Origin: Zygophlyctis sp. KS116
Lineage: Eukaryota > Fungi > Chytridiomycota
Length of the DNA: 32,000 nt
Assembly: GCA_054661495.1 (NCBI GenBank)
Contig: BAAFSQ010000083.1
Span: 1 to 32,000, forward strand
Reading direction: 5' to 3'
In this document: positions 1 through 12,400 of the stretch, piece by piece
How positions within the stretch are numbered: the stretch's first letter is position 1
Layout: every line of letters begins with the position of its first letter
Translations under genes and position numbers: made by a program
Notes under the pieces: model-generated
What the model saw: the letters and a program-made list of their open reading frames with translations, nothing else
The model's database searches: none
What the model was told of the DNA's origin: nothing

Positions 1-109
1 CTACCTTAAACTGAGCTTCTCCTTCAGACTCAGTGTCAGAGTCAGCATAGTCTTTTGGATAAGTGCGAACAAGGTGACCGTCTGGCAAAGAAGGTATGAT
101 TTCTGCCAT
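1..109 (-). CDS. 5' exon of an unidentified gene running off the window (MAEIIPSLPDGHLVRTYPKDYADSDTESEGEAQFK)
   Basis: ATG at 109 opens a 35-codon frame with coding-like composition, ending at an AAG|GTAG donor-like site at the window edge. No family recognised. Confidence 0.45.
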   Translation of the reverse strand, partial: MAEIIPSLPDGHLVRTYPKDYADSDTESEGEAQFKV

Positions 110-347
110 TTTTCATTTACTGGGTTCTACCACATGCGCACCACCGCTCGTTCGTCCGATGGAAGGATTGTAGTTTTTGGATGATATGATCACAGTATAT
201 ATAAACTGTGTGCTGCGACTAAAATAATATAATATTACGGGACAAGTTTTTTCAACTCCTACTTTTTCTAATTCAACCATCTATATTGGCTGTCGGGATG
301 ATCATATTTATGCAATTACTACATCTCAATAGCTAGAGATAAGATTT

Positions 348-650
348 TTATTTCTTTTCTCTTAAAAAAATGGATGTACTTGCTCGACAATCATTTGATG
401 TCCGACAAGAAATACCAGTATCCTTACTTGACGGCCAGCCATCAGACGAAACTAAACAAGTTGATTTACTTGAACATCCTATAATGCAATCACTATCTTT
501 TGTGCAACTGCTAATCATTTCCCAAGATCTGGATGCACCTTTTTTCCAACAATACCCGTCTGAACAACCGCAAACATTATCCAAACAATTCAAAGCAAAC
601 ACTGTTTGAGTTAAAAGAAAAACAAAGATCATGGATGAGATTTTATTCAT
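348..650 (-). CDS. Small secreted cysteine-rich protein (~100 aa, 10 Cys)
   Basis: Signal-peptide-like N-terminus (MNKISSMIFVFLLTQTVFA), 10 Cys, two SC-x5-C units (SCTKDSDC, SCRTSNDC). The 3' end may differ if the GTACAT donor near 379 is used. Confidence 0.7.
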   Translation of the reverse strand: MNKISSMIFVFLLTQTVFALNCLDNVCGCSDGYCWKKGASRSWEMISSCTKDSDCIIGCSSKSTCLVSSDGWPSSKDTGISCRTSNDCRASTSIFLREKK

Positions 651-708
651 TTAAAGAAGTGAAACATCACTGAAACTAAAGAGTAACATTTTTTCTGGAT
701 TAACCAAA

Positions 709-723
709 TTTTCGCGTTTCAAA
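709..723. promoter_or_regulatory. Candidate cis-element TTTTCGCGTTTCAAA in a divergent promoter
   Basis: Contains CGCGAAAA (SCB/E2F-like) on the minus strand next to TTTGAA (CHR-like). Related strings recur near other gene starts. Function is inferred only. Confidence 0.3.
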
Positions 724-781
724 TCGCCATCGCCTGCGACAAGGAATCAAGTTTTGTGATAATCGCCTTGTTCAGAGCTGA

Positions 782-1110
782 ATGGAAAAGGGATTTGTTG
801 GTGGATCGCTGAAATTAAAGGGATCAAGTCATAAAGTTTCTAAAAAAAAGTAAGATATTGTTAAACTAAGGATCTAGAAAAGAGAAATCAGTAGTTGCAC
901 AAGGAGTGAAACAACCTCAAATGACCGCCACTGAATTAAAGTTTAAGGAAGTCTCCAGAAAAAGGGTATGATTGTAAATATTAAAAATAGTTGGAAGAAA
1001 AGTCTGAACAGATGGCATTAAAGTCTCACAAGGAAAAAGTAGCAGAATTCAATGCTTATTTAGAAAGATTGTCTGAACATCATGATATTCCTAAAGTTGG
1101 TCCAGGATAA
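782..1110 (+). CDS. FAM32A: FAM32A / DUF1754 family protein (91 aa), absent from the ORF track
   Basis: Introns 850-877 and 966-990 give [14 protein letters not shown]...[29 protein letters not shown], with the family's GGSLKLKG and [10 protein letters not shown] motifs. Confidence 0.9.
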
Positions 1111-1125
1111 CAACTCCGACATTAA

Positions 1126-2796
1126 ATGCAGGAATTCTCAGTATCGCAAGTGTCGAAACATTCAAAGGAAAACGATTGCTGGATAATTATCAGAGACCAA
1201 GTAAATATAAATTGAGAATCTTATTAAAGGTATATGACGTTTCATCATACATTGATCTTCATCCAGGAGGTCGACGTGTATTGCTTTCAGTCGCAGGAAC
1301 AGATGCAACTGAAATATTTGAGAGACACCATAATGTCATGGTTGTACTGAAAAAGTATGAAAGATTCAAGATTGGCTCCATTGTCGGTGCAAAGAGTGTT
1401 TCAACAGAGGAAAAATACCTGTTATCAGAGCCGACATGGCATGATTCTAAATCGCCTTACTATAAAGATTCTCACAGGAAATTGCAAGTTTGGGCAAGAA
1501 AAGTTGTAGATGAATATCTGATGCCATTTATTGGGGAATGGGATAGAATGGGAAAAGCACCTACAGAAATATACAAGACATTTGCTTCTATTGGATATTT
1601 ATCTGGATTAACTGGAACTGGATGGCCAAAAGAGTCTCCAGTCCCACCACCAGTTGGAATTTCACCTGCTGTAAGTACTGGATTATAATTTTACAGGAGT
1701 TTGATATATTTCACGAACTGATACTATCGGATGAGTTGGCTAGAATAGGTAATTGAAATTTAGTAATCATAGGAAGTACTGGAGTAGGAGCTGTTCTTAC
1801 TCTGGGGCCTAGTATTGCTTTACCGCCAATTATATATTTTGGGACAAAAGAGCAAAAAGAGGCTATTATAAAGCCAGTTCTTTCAGGCGAAAAAACAATC
1901 TGTTTAGCAATTACAGGTATAATTAATTTTTAAAGAAACTTAGAGCCTTATGCTGGGTCTGATGTTGCAAATATCCAAACTACGGCCATAAAATCAAAAG
2001 ATGAGAATGGGATAGAATATTTTTCTGTAAATGGTGAGAAAAAATGGATTACTAATGGGATGTGGGCAGACTATTTTGTAGCTGCGGGTAACTTTTTTGA
2101 AGATTAAGAATAGCACGGACAGGAGGGCCTGGGATGAATGGGATTTCTTTGCTATTGCTCGAAAAGAGTATGTCTGGTTTAGATGTAAGGCCAGTTGTGT
2201 GTCAAGGAAATGCTTGCGCTGGGACTGCATATGTAACGTTAGAGAATGTACGTGTTCCTATTAAAAATGTCATTGGAAAACTTAACCAGGGTTTCAAGGC
2301 AATCATGTTCAATTTCAATCATGAGCGGCTGGGAATTATCATAACTTCAATACGCTCATCCAGAATGTGTTACGAAATTGCAATGAAATATTCCAATCGT
2401 AGAAAAGCTTTTGGGGTGACTCTCTTTGAACAGGGGGTGATTCGGAATAAACTGGCACACATGGTCCGGCAAATTGAAGCTTCTTATGCCTGGCTAGAGG
2501 CTATCACGTATCAGCTTTCAAGTATGAATCATCAAGAAGCTGCTTTGAAGTTGGGAGGGCCGATTGCGCTACTTAAGGCTCAATCTACAGTCACTTTTGA
2601 ATATTGTGCAAGGGAAGCAAGTCAGATTTTGGGAGGGATATCCTATACAAAGGGCGGAGTTGGAGAATGGGTCGAAAGACTTTATAGAGATGTTCGCTCA
2701 ATGGCTATACCTGGAGGGAGTGAAGAAATTATGCTTGATCTAGGAATCAGACAAGTTCAAAAATTAAGCAAATTATCAATCAGTGCAAAGTTATGA
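1126..2796 (+). CDS. Cytochrome b5 domain-acyl-CoA dehydrogenase fusion (512 aa)
   Basis: Introns 1201-1229, 1671-1696, 1749-1772, 1917-1943 and 2088-2113 restore one frame. b5 motifs DCWII..VYDV..HPGG; ACAD motifs [40 protein letters not shown]. Confidence 0.93.
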
Positions 2797-2819
2797 ATTT
2801 GAAAAATAAATGTGAATTA

Positions 2820-4976
2820 TCAAAATTCTAAAACTCGTTGAAGCGAAGGAGATACTCCCAATTGAGGTGCTGTTTTAGCATTGTGTCTATTTTTTAATGC
2901 TTCGATATATGTAGTGTATTTATTGATTTCTGAATCAAGATATGCCTTTTTTTTGGACCAATTGGAGATAGCCAGCTCTTTCACAGAAGAATCGGGATAC
3001 TAAATTGATAAATGTTAAACCTTCCTACCATAATCTCAATTGCATGTTTGTACTGTTCATGAAGTTCTGATTCCCTCTTGATTATTGATATTTGACTTTC
3101 AAAATTGTTGATTTGCTTTTCCTAAACAGTTAAAATACGAATTATATATACAGCGTCTAAGTTGCTAACTAAGGCATTTCTAAAGTTGTGAATCGGCCTT
3201 TCCCAAATATTTAGATTTATCTCGCTTGGTATGTAACATGGTAGCTGACTGAAATCAACTGTTTCACCCCCCAATTGAGCTTTTTTGATAGCCCATTCAA
3301 TCTTATTCCAACCATAGTCTATACTTGACAACACATCTCGAAGGGGCTCTTTTGATCTTGATGCCGCACAGTAATTAATATTATGAGCCCAAGTTTCTTT
3401 AGATTCTAAAGAAGGAACTTGAAATAAATATGTTGATCCATTTCCCAATCTCACCGAAAAAACATGCGGCCTTTTAACTGAATAAGACATATGACGAAGA
3501 GGCTCAGCAACTGCGTGCAATAAATCTAATTTTTCTGGCCCGTCACTGGTTAACTTGAATTGATAAGCTGACGGTCCTGTTGGAGGCAAAGATGGATCCG
3601 AAGATCGCAGTTTTTTTCCATCGTATGGCAGGATAACTAACTTAACCCCGCTATCATTCATTTTTAAAATCAGCCTGCTCTTGAACCATCGCCTATTTCT
3701 GGCTTTTTGGTCAAATTTTTCCAGCATATGTTTCCTTATTACTACACCTTCATATATTTTTTCATATTCATTATTTGAAAGTTTTTGATCTAGTGACTTG
3801 GCTGGACGAATCGAACGATGCAAGAAACCTTTAAACCCCAAAAATGTTCTAGAGGAAGTTGACGAGGAGGCAGCTGAAAAATATGATGCGGAAGACATGC
3901 CTGATGATAATGACCAAGATGAATTGTTTCGCGATAAATTATAAAAAGAATTGGTAGGTTCTGTTGAAGTAAGTAGATCTCCATGAGTAAATCCTTTATT
4001 CCTAACTGAACTATAATAATTCTAATTTTAAAAAAGAACTATTCATACCTTTAAAAGAGATTGAAGATTTTTCTTCCAGTCCCTCTTACTTGAATCGGAT
4101 TTAGAAATTTCTTTTAGTTCTTGATTATTTTCAATCATACTTATAACCAAATCCATTGTATTCTTTAGGAAATCCTTTTTTGTCATTTTATGATTTTGCT
4201 TGAGTCCAACATTTGCAATATTCAAATCCGTATTTAAGAGAACTAAAGAAAAAAGAATTCCATATGTAATATCTTTAATTAATCATTTCAACTCTTACCA
4301 ACACTTAAAAAGACATCCCTCATTTTTTCATTACAATCCCAATATCTCTGAGAAATCTGAAAAAGCAATCGATCAATCACCTGAGTCTCTCCCAAAATAT
4401 CAATTTTCTTACAAACTTTCCTGAATGCATCATCAATATCCATTTCAGAAAAATTAAATTCATTAATATATGATTTTAAAACTGATATATGATAAGCATC
4501 ACTTGATATTATTGCTAAAAGAATGATTACTTTCTACCGAGAATTGAAACGATTTCAGATTGTTGTACATCAACATTTCCATGAAACAATAATTTCCCAT
4601 AATTTTCGGGTGTATATTGAGGTGAATCTTTGACATCTGCTGTATCTAAATTGTCTAAAACTATTGAAATGTTGTTTATACTATCGGGAGATTCTATGAC
4701 TTGCTTCTCATCTGCAGCTGTTAATGAGCTGTTCAGGTTCTGCTTCTTATCTTTAAATGTCAAAATACTAGAAGATGATATCCAAGTCTGTCTGTTTTGT
4801 GTAAATGAATTTCTGTGCTTTCGGACAAAACTGGAAACTCGCTCTATATGTGATGATTCAACCCCCTCTGATTGCGGCTCGCTTGTTAATTCTCCTAATG
4901 TGATTATTTTGTCAAGCGATGGCTTTATTCTAATGCATTCGTCTGATTTAGTTGGCTTAACTAGTTGCTGATCCAT
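2820..4976 (-). CDS. Sec7 + PH domain Arf guanine-nucleotide exchange factor (EFA6/PSD/Yel1/Syt1-like)
   Basis: Spliced exons give Sec7 motifs ILGETQVIDR (glutamic finger) and LVLLNTDL, a PH domain (RPHVFSVRL..YLFQ..WAHNINYCAA..SKEPL) and a C-terminal NWSKKKAYL helix. Stop TGA at 2822-2820. Confidence 0.88.
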
Positions 4977-5012
4977 TACTTTGACACGTCGCGAGGGAAA
5001 AGTTTGCGTGAA

Positions 5013-5673
5013 ATGAAAATTCTCGCGATTTCACTCGACGCCAGTTCCGGACAAGAGCGAATAGAGACTACGCCGCAAGATACTATATGCGATTACTCTG
5101 CTATAGTATCGGGATCTGAAAAATTGAAGGATCTAGTCAAATGTCCACCATACAAGGATCAGGACGAATGGATAGCATTAAATCTTTTCAATTTCTATGT
5201 CCATGTACTAATATTGGTAATTTAATCATAGATCAATCTACTCTATGGGACAGTTTTAGAGTTTTGCACAGATACAGAGTGTGGGATCATGAATGCAGGT
5301 CCTATATTTGAGTATACCTGGTATGATGAGATCTCAAAGACACAAATTACATTATCTGCCCCTAAATACATTCAAAACTTGATGTCGTGGATAGAATCGA
5401 AAATGAATAATATCAATGCGTTAAATTCAGATGATTTCAAGATTTTAACGCAAACAATTTTCAAAAGATTGTTTAGAGTATATGCTCATATTTATCATTG
5501 TCATTTTTCACAAATTATCGCATTAGGACAAGAGCCACATATTAATACTAGTTTAAAGCATTTTATTCTTTTTTCCAAGGAATATGATTTAATTGAAGAA
5601 ACCGAGGTATATTTTCCTTTTAATCAGCTAGTTTAGACCATTACAAGACTTTTTAAAAGCTTTAATAAACTAA
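5013..5673 (+). CDS. MOB1: Mob1/phocein family kinase activator (202 aa)
   Basis: Introns 5205-5231 and 5607-5631. Motifs EWIA..INLLYG..FCT..C..MNAGP..EY.W, APKYI..LMSWI, FKRLFRVYAHIY.CHF, HINTSLKHF. The N-terminus is divergent. Confidence 0.88.
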
Positions 5674-6318
5674 TTAATCTTTTTCATAATCTAATCTGAG
5701 AGCATTATCAGGACTTGTCCATTTTGGTGATTGGATATATTTCCATGGTTTCTTACTCCAGACTGGTTGAGTAAATTGAACTGGTTTAGTATCTTTTAGA
5801 GTAATAAACAATTGTCTCTTTTTAAAACTTTGTACAAGTGTTTCAAAGTCTTTTTCTTCTCTAGTTGGATTTGGATTTCTTTCTCCCAATACTATTTTAA
5901 CATGAGATTTGGGATTATGCATGATTCCAAACCTTCCTCTTCCATGGAAATTAATTTTTTTTCTGTAAACTCCCTTCCCAACAATGACTTGCTTCAAGTA
6001 ATAATTGTTTGGATCTAGATTATAATTATGTCCAAGAGTTGCACTGACTCTATGCAACATTTTAGCAATATGTAATGCTGGCCTACGAGGATTAAAGTCC
6101 ATTTGTATTTTAGCTTTTTTGAGAGACATATTCTGAATCAGTCGAGTCAAATGATTAACCTTTTTGTATGATCCTCTAAAGTTTCCAGTAGAAAACATTG
6201 GGAGTTTAACCGGCTCCTTTATTTGATTAGCTTCAGCAACAACCTTTTGTAGCAGATTAGATGCACTACTATTGTATCTCTGGCCAATAATGAAACGATT
6301 CATCAGCAAACGATTCAT
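5674..6318 (-). CDS. MRPL22: Mitochondrial ribosomal protein uL22m
   Basis: Intronless ORF with an Arg-rich targeting-like N-terminus and L22 motifs SYKKVNHLTRLI, VGKG..RKKINFHGRGRFG..SHVKIVL. Confidence 0.88.
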   Translation of the reverse strand: MNRLLMNRFIIGQRYNSSASNLLQKVVAEANQIKEPVKLPMFSTGNFRGSYKKVNHLTRLIQNMSLKKAKIQMDFNPRRPALHIAKMLHRVSATLGHNYNLDPNNYYLKQVIVGKGVYRKKINFHGRGRFGIMHNPKSHVKIVLGERNPNPTREEKDFETLVQSFKKRQLFITLKDTKPVQFTQPVWSKKPWKYIQSPKWTSPDNALRLDYEKD

Positions 6319-6434
6319 TTTTTTCCACTAACCCTGCCACTGGATATAAACCCTAATGTTTAACTGAAATTCGTGAATTATAGACGTTATTCATCTTTTT
6401 TCCAGAAAGATGATTTAATACAAAATTTAAATAA

Positions 6435-9400
6435 TTAACTTGGATAGAATTTTCCAAAGAGCTGTCGTCCCTTGTCATGAAGCTCAGTCATTGGCGTAAC
6501 TGGCTTTGATTCTTCTAAACTGCTCTTTAGATTGGAATCTGACATTGCATCTTCAGATTTTGTCCGGCGAGAGGCTGCATATGATACATTAGAATCATTA
6601 CTAGATGATTCAGAAGTTGAGCGTCTTTTACGTCTTAGTAGTTTTTCAACAAATGTTTTTTTACTCTTGATACTTGCAGTTTCAGCTTGAGCTGCATCAA
6701 GATCAGCTGCTAATAGTGAAGTTTGACTACCTTGACGATTCTCTAAAGTTTTTTTCTTTGGGAATATTTTTTCTCGGACTAGTGCACCGGTATTGGCAAA
6801 TATTACACGAATCGCATCACGACGTATCTCTTGAATGAAATTATACCAGGACCAAGTCTTGTTACGGTACTCCAGAGTCGGTAAAAAGAATGGGAACATG
6901 TATAAATCTTCTAGATTCTTTTCTTTTGATCCCTAAAATTTAGAAAGTTAAAAATAATCATTACCTTGTAGCTTATACAATGATTAGCTCCGGGAACTTT
7001 GATGAAAATAAATGATTTGTTGTTAGAAGCTCGAGACTGCATCAGTTTTAAGTCTTTGGCAGATTCAAGCTGTTGAAGGGATGAAAAAATTAAATCATCA
7101 TCGGCAGTGAAACTGGAATCCCGAGTATCTTTAACACCAGATGAATAACCTCTAGATGGAAAAAAGTAGGTCATCAGACTTTTTCCAATATCAAAAGTCA
7201 TTTGAATCAATAGAGGGAAAATATTGATCTCGAAATGATGAAATACTTGAATGCCAGCTACGGGTGGTATTTCCTTCCACAAAAATCTTAACATCTTATT
7301 CTTGTTGAAATTAACCACAGTATTTTGGGAAATATAGGGAGACAAAACATTTCTGAATGAGTTCGGAGTATTAGTTAGATTTTCAATGAGGAGCGAGTCA
7401 ATTTCTAGGGTGCTGGATGCTGATGAGTCTTCGTAACCAATAGATTCAAATTGTGGATTGGTTATAGTTAGCCGGCAAAACTCTCCATTGGCATCAATCA
7501 GCCTCCACAACAATTTGTCAATTGAGACACCAATCTTTGAGTTGACAGCAGCCGATCCCCTTTTGGTTTCCAAATTATAAGTTGTTTTAAAAGCCTCGAT
7601 TAATATAAAAAGTTCATCTTGGTATAATGCTAAAGATTTTCTTAAACCATCCGTGCCTGGTTCTGTTTGAGATGAGCCAGAAGGATCATAACGGAGAAAC
7701 GCATCAGTTCTCTTGATCTTTTCCTGAAATGAAACAATTGAATCCAAAACCTTTGATATTTCTTCTTGACTTTGGTCCAGAAAGATCATCATTTTCTTAA
7801 GTTGTTCATTTCTGAAACCCCGCATGGGATCTTTATAAATTAGTAAATTAGTGAGAGTGTCACATATAACAAGATATTCTCCTGAAGTTAATGAGGCTTC
7901 AAATTCAGGAAAACCTATATGCATCACGTCTATTAAATCATCACTATTTGAATGTTTTTTTGATTGAACAAACAGTGGATTGTGTTTATCTCGAATAATT
8001 CGCATAGCCGTATTTTCAACAACTCTTTTTAGGTCTTCCGAATCAAGAGAGTGGTCAATTAGACATTCAATCGGAACCCAAATTGGCCAGGTATTGATAT
8101 CTAAAGAAGACATGGGTGTCTCTAGTAGAGTGGTTTTGAGCTTTAGATCTGTACTTCGAACGATGAAAAATTGTGCGTCACTTATCGAATAAACATTTCG
8201 ATTCTTGACAGTGTTTTGAGTTTTGTCGGAATCGTCGTAACCTAAATCAAAGGTAATATCCGTCTTATTTCGAATAGATATTGCCTTATAGTGCATAACA
8301 CTTGCAGTCACGACCACAGATTGCAAGCAGGTGCTACCGTCCTCATTTTTGACAAGAGATTCAAAACTTATCTGTGAATTTATAAGCTGCACTTGTACGT
8401 CTCCGATCGCAAAATTGTCATGGGCAACGAAATCAGGATTGTCTGGATCTTTTGATGCAATATAATTATTTGCTGATAAATTAGAAGCTAAACGAGTTAA
8501 AGTGGGTGGATATAGTGATTTTCTTCTCCCTGTTTCTCTTTCTTCGTTTTTGTCTAAAGCATCTGTTGACTGCATTCTTTCATTAGGGACGAAAATTCTA
8601 TTTGAATTTTTAACATCTTTTAACAGCATTCCAAGAATATAATCCAGAGATATCTGCCCATCTTTTTTGATTTCAAACGCATTTCTGTTTGAAGATCCTT
8701 GGTAAGAGAATGTTTTATTCGGAAGCTGAATGGCTGCATCAGCCTTTTTCACCTTAATCAGCTCAGTGATTGTTTTAACGGCACTATATGAAGTACAGTA
8801 TCTGAGAGCATAATTACGATCTATCATGTCGAAAAGTTTAAAAATAACATTACGAACGTTGGACTTCCACAAAAACGTTATGTTATGTACGTCAATTTGA
8901 TGCCTAAAAGGAGCTGTATGGCCGTCGAGTTTTATCGGTTCCTGCTCTTCTCGCGCTAATATAATTTATTAACTATATTTTACCTAAATTGATTCTTAAC
9001 TCACACCTTTTAATGTAAGCTTCAATCACTGCCTTTTTTTCATACAGGAGTGCTAATTGGTCGCCTAATTCATCAGCTTCCTTGAATATTAATCTAAAAA
9101 AATTTACCGCTTTTAATGAGTTATCAAAAAACACCATCATTCTTGAAGAAATTGATTGCTGAAGTTTCAAACAGTGCCATATTTGCGCCTCTAGCTGAAT
9201 CAATCTTTCCTCGAATAATTGAATTTGGACTTTGTAAAGGTCTTGAATATTAAAATAAAAATTAAATACCTATGCTTTTACGGTTTTCTTGCTCGGCTGC
9301 ATTTTTTGGATCTTGGCTTCGTCGATAATATGTTAATTTCGGAGAAGAAATGAAGGGACAAATCCGAATATCCGATAAATTAGGAGTTAAATAAAAGTCT

Positions 9401-12400
9401 TCATCAGTGAACCAAGACGTATGAGTGTCATCATCATTATCCGCTTTGAAAAATGGCTCTTCAAAGACCCCATCATCAAATCCGGATGATATTGTGCACA
9501 TTTCTAGGATTTCAAAATCTAATTCTGATTCTTGCAAATTCCACTTGGACGCAGATTTAGTCTTTGACTGATTGCTCGTATTCTTAAGAATCATTCTTTG
9601 AATAAGTCGTAAGTCAAGATTCATTTCATCTGCACGTATTCTTGCCCCAACAAATCCAGCAATATCTTCAGTTTGAGCAAGAAGAGAAAATAAGAGCGGG
9701 TAAGCAGATGCCCTTAATCTGATTGAATTTATTAGTAGTGAAAGTTTGGGTTTTTGAAATTTTGTCGTCACAGTTGAAAAAAGGCTTCCTGTTCTAACCT
9801 GTTGATTTGTCAGGACTGACTGATAAACTTGCGCAAAAGATGAAAGTCGGTTTATAGTTTCAAGAGTTAAATATAGAGAATTTATAGGTATAGATAGCCC
9901 GGAATAAAACTTCTTTGGTGATGTGATTTCAAAAGTTATGTGAATGGCTCTTGTCCGAAAGCCTGCAAATGAATCCCCGTTTGGTTCATAACTAGGAGAT
10001 TGGGGATTTTTAAGGCTGACCTCTGAATGTCTAATCCATTTTATGACGTGTCTCACACCTACAGGAATAATTTCATAACGTATTCCAATGGCTAGCCGGA
10101 CCCCGCCTCTTAAACGAATGAAATCGCTATCTCCCAGAGTTTGTGACTCATTTTTAAACGATGGCAAAGATAAACGTAACTGTCCGCATTCAATAACAAC
10201 GTCTTTTCCTTCAGCGGGATCACCACCAAGTTCAATATTTACACCCTTATCAGCGCAAATATCAATTCCTTGAGTACCAGAAGATTTACGAGGATCAAAA
10301 TAGGGATCAAAACTGCCCAAAACTCGAACTCTGATTTCCCCACCTTTGACTTTGATCTGATTCAATCCATGAATCATAATTCTTAGCTTATCCCACCACC
10401 CCACAGGAGGACTAGTATCAATAGTGTCTTTTGAAAAAGTGTCAATGATCCTGATCATATCTGATAGGCAAGGTTCAATTGATGCTCCGTAAGTCAATCT
10501 TAAAATCCCGGAAGAACGAAACACGCTCTTTGAGTTTAAGTAAATTTTGACCGGATTCATTGATCTACTTACTACCAAAGATGGTGCTGCAAGCGGTCCT
10601 AAATCCAACTCCACATCTCTCATTGAATCCGGATCAAATTGCTGTCCGACTAGAATTAGTAATCCTTTGGTTTCCCAAGTGTGCTCTACGGATTCTGAAG
10701 AAGGTATGGATACCAGAGGAAATGGATAGTTTCTTAGAATAGCCTTCAGGTCCGAAAATTTGAAAGTGATATCTCTAGGAATAAGTTCATCATATATAAG
10801 ATCAGGTGGTGTAGTATAATCCATAAAATTTAGAGACGCTTCAACAGTAGTTTTTGGAAGAGTTGGGGGAGAAAAACATAGATCAACGTTATGTGCCTCT
10901 ACTTTGAATAAAGGGTATCGATCTAAAGAACGAATTTTCTTTACAATATCAATCCAAGAACGAGAGTTGAATTCATCAAGCAGCTCTAACTCCCTTTGGA
11001 AATTATCGTCAATTCTAAACAATGAGACTAACAAAAACTTCATTACCTATCGTATTCCCCACTCTCTTTATGAAGACGGGCAAGTTTTACGAATTCTTTA
11101 TTGCGAGCTATTCTACTCTGTTGTTCTTCATAGCCAAAAAGATAATTATTACTTAATGATATTTCAAAAGGATCATCCTGTACTGTGAATAAAAGTTCTT
11201 TAACAGAAATTCTGATGATAGGAATTTCTGCAGGATCAATAAATGTTTTACCCTCCAAACAATACGTGTCAGGTACAAATTCCAGATGTTCGATGGCAAG
11301 ATTCTTAATAGCCTTACTCATATTTATCATATTTTCAAATACGTTTTCCAGCTTGTAGCCATTTGGTACATTAAAATGTAAAAAACGACTAGTAACAGCC
11401 ATCAAGAACTTGTGCGCCTTAACTCCATTGGCCATAATGATGTCCCCGTGGGCTTCTGACAAGCAGAAAATAGATTCATATTTATGAGAATCAACGTCAA
11501 CCAAAACTTCAACTGATGCTTCATTGATATCAAATTCAATATCTCCTTGCTGAATATTTAACATTACAGGAGAGAAATAGAACCTCGTCAGAACGTCTTT
11601 CTCTAACTGCCATTTAATTTCTAAATTGGTTGATACAATTTTACAATTCAGCTTCGTAGTTTGTGGACTACTTTTTGAGTCTGCTAATTCGAAAGACTTT
11701 GAAATTCTGATTATATGCTGGAAAGAAAGTATAAATACATATATATCACATAGATTAAAACTAGCTTGAATCTGTTCTGTACTAACAGTAAGTAAAGGAA
11801 TCTTTCCAGTGGGTTTGATCAGCTCGGCTGTGATTCCCGGCACCACTAGAACTGCATTTTTTACGGGCCTGTAAATTTCTGAAAACTTGATTCCTTTATA
11901 GACGATGAAAGAAATGCTTGAAAGAGAAATATTCGAAGTGATATCTCCTCCAGAAATATTTAATTTTGAAGATATGTCACGCACCTCTATTCTTACACTT
12001 GTTGAAGGTAAATCTGATTTACAGTCGATAAGAACCACAGGAATATCAAGAATCCCATCAAGTTTAACTCCTGTTCCATTAATTTTTTTGGCTTGAGATT
12101 TCCCATTCTTTTGAAAAGTCTGTTGCAGATACTGTTTCAATTTTTTATAATTAATTGAAGAATCATCTCTGATACCAGAAAGACTTGTTTGGATAGCTTC
12201 AACTGCTCCTTGAACATGTAAATGTAATTCTGAAGAATCGTAAGCCATAAAAATCCCAATATGAGCATGAGCATAAGCACAACTTGCCAAATTAAATTCT
12301 AATTTTTGATCTATAAATACATCTATTGACATTCCATTCATAAATATTTGACAGTGACCAATTGCAAATTCTATAGAAGGAGACGCAATTTCCTCCTTTT

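Noticed and set aside
5217-5231. Possible 15-nt intron in MOB1 (GTAATTTAATCATAG)
   Set aside because: Mob1 homology (DFFNQINMLYG versus NFYVHINLLYG) fits the 27-nt intron from 5205 without an insertion.
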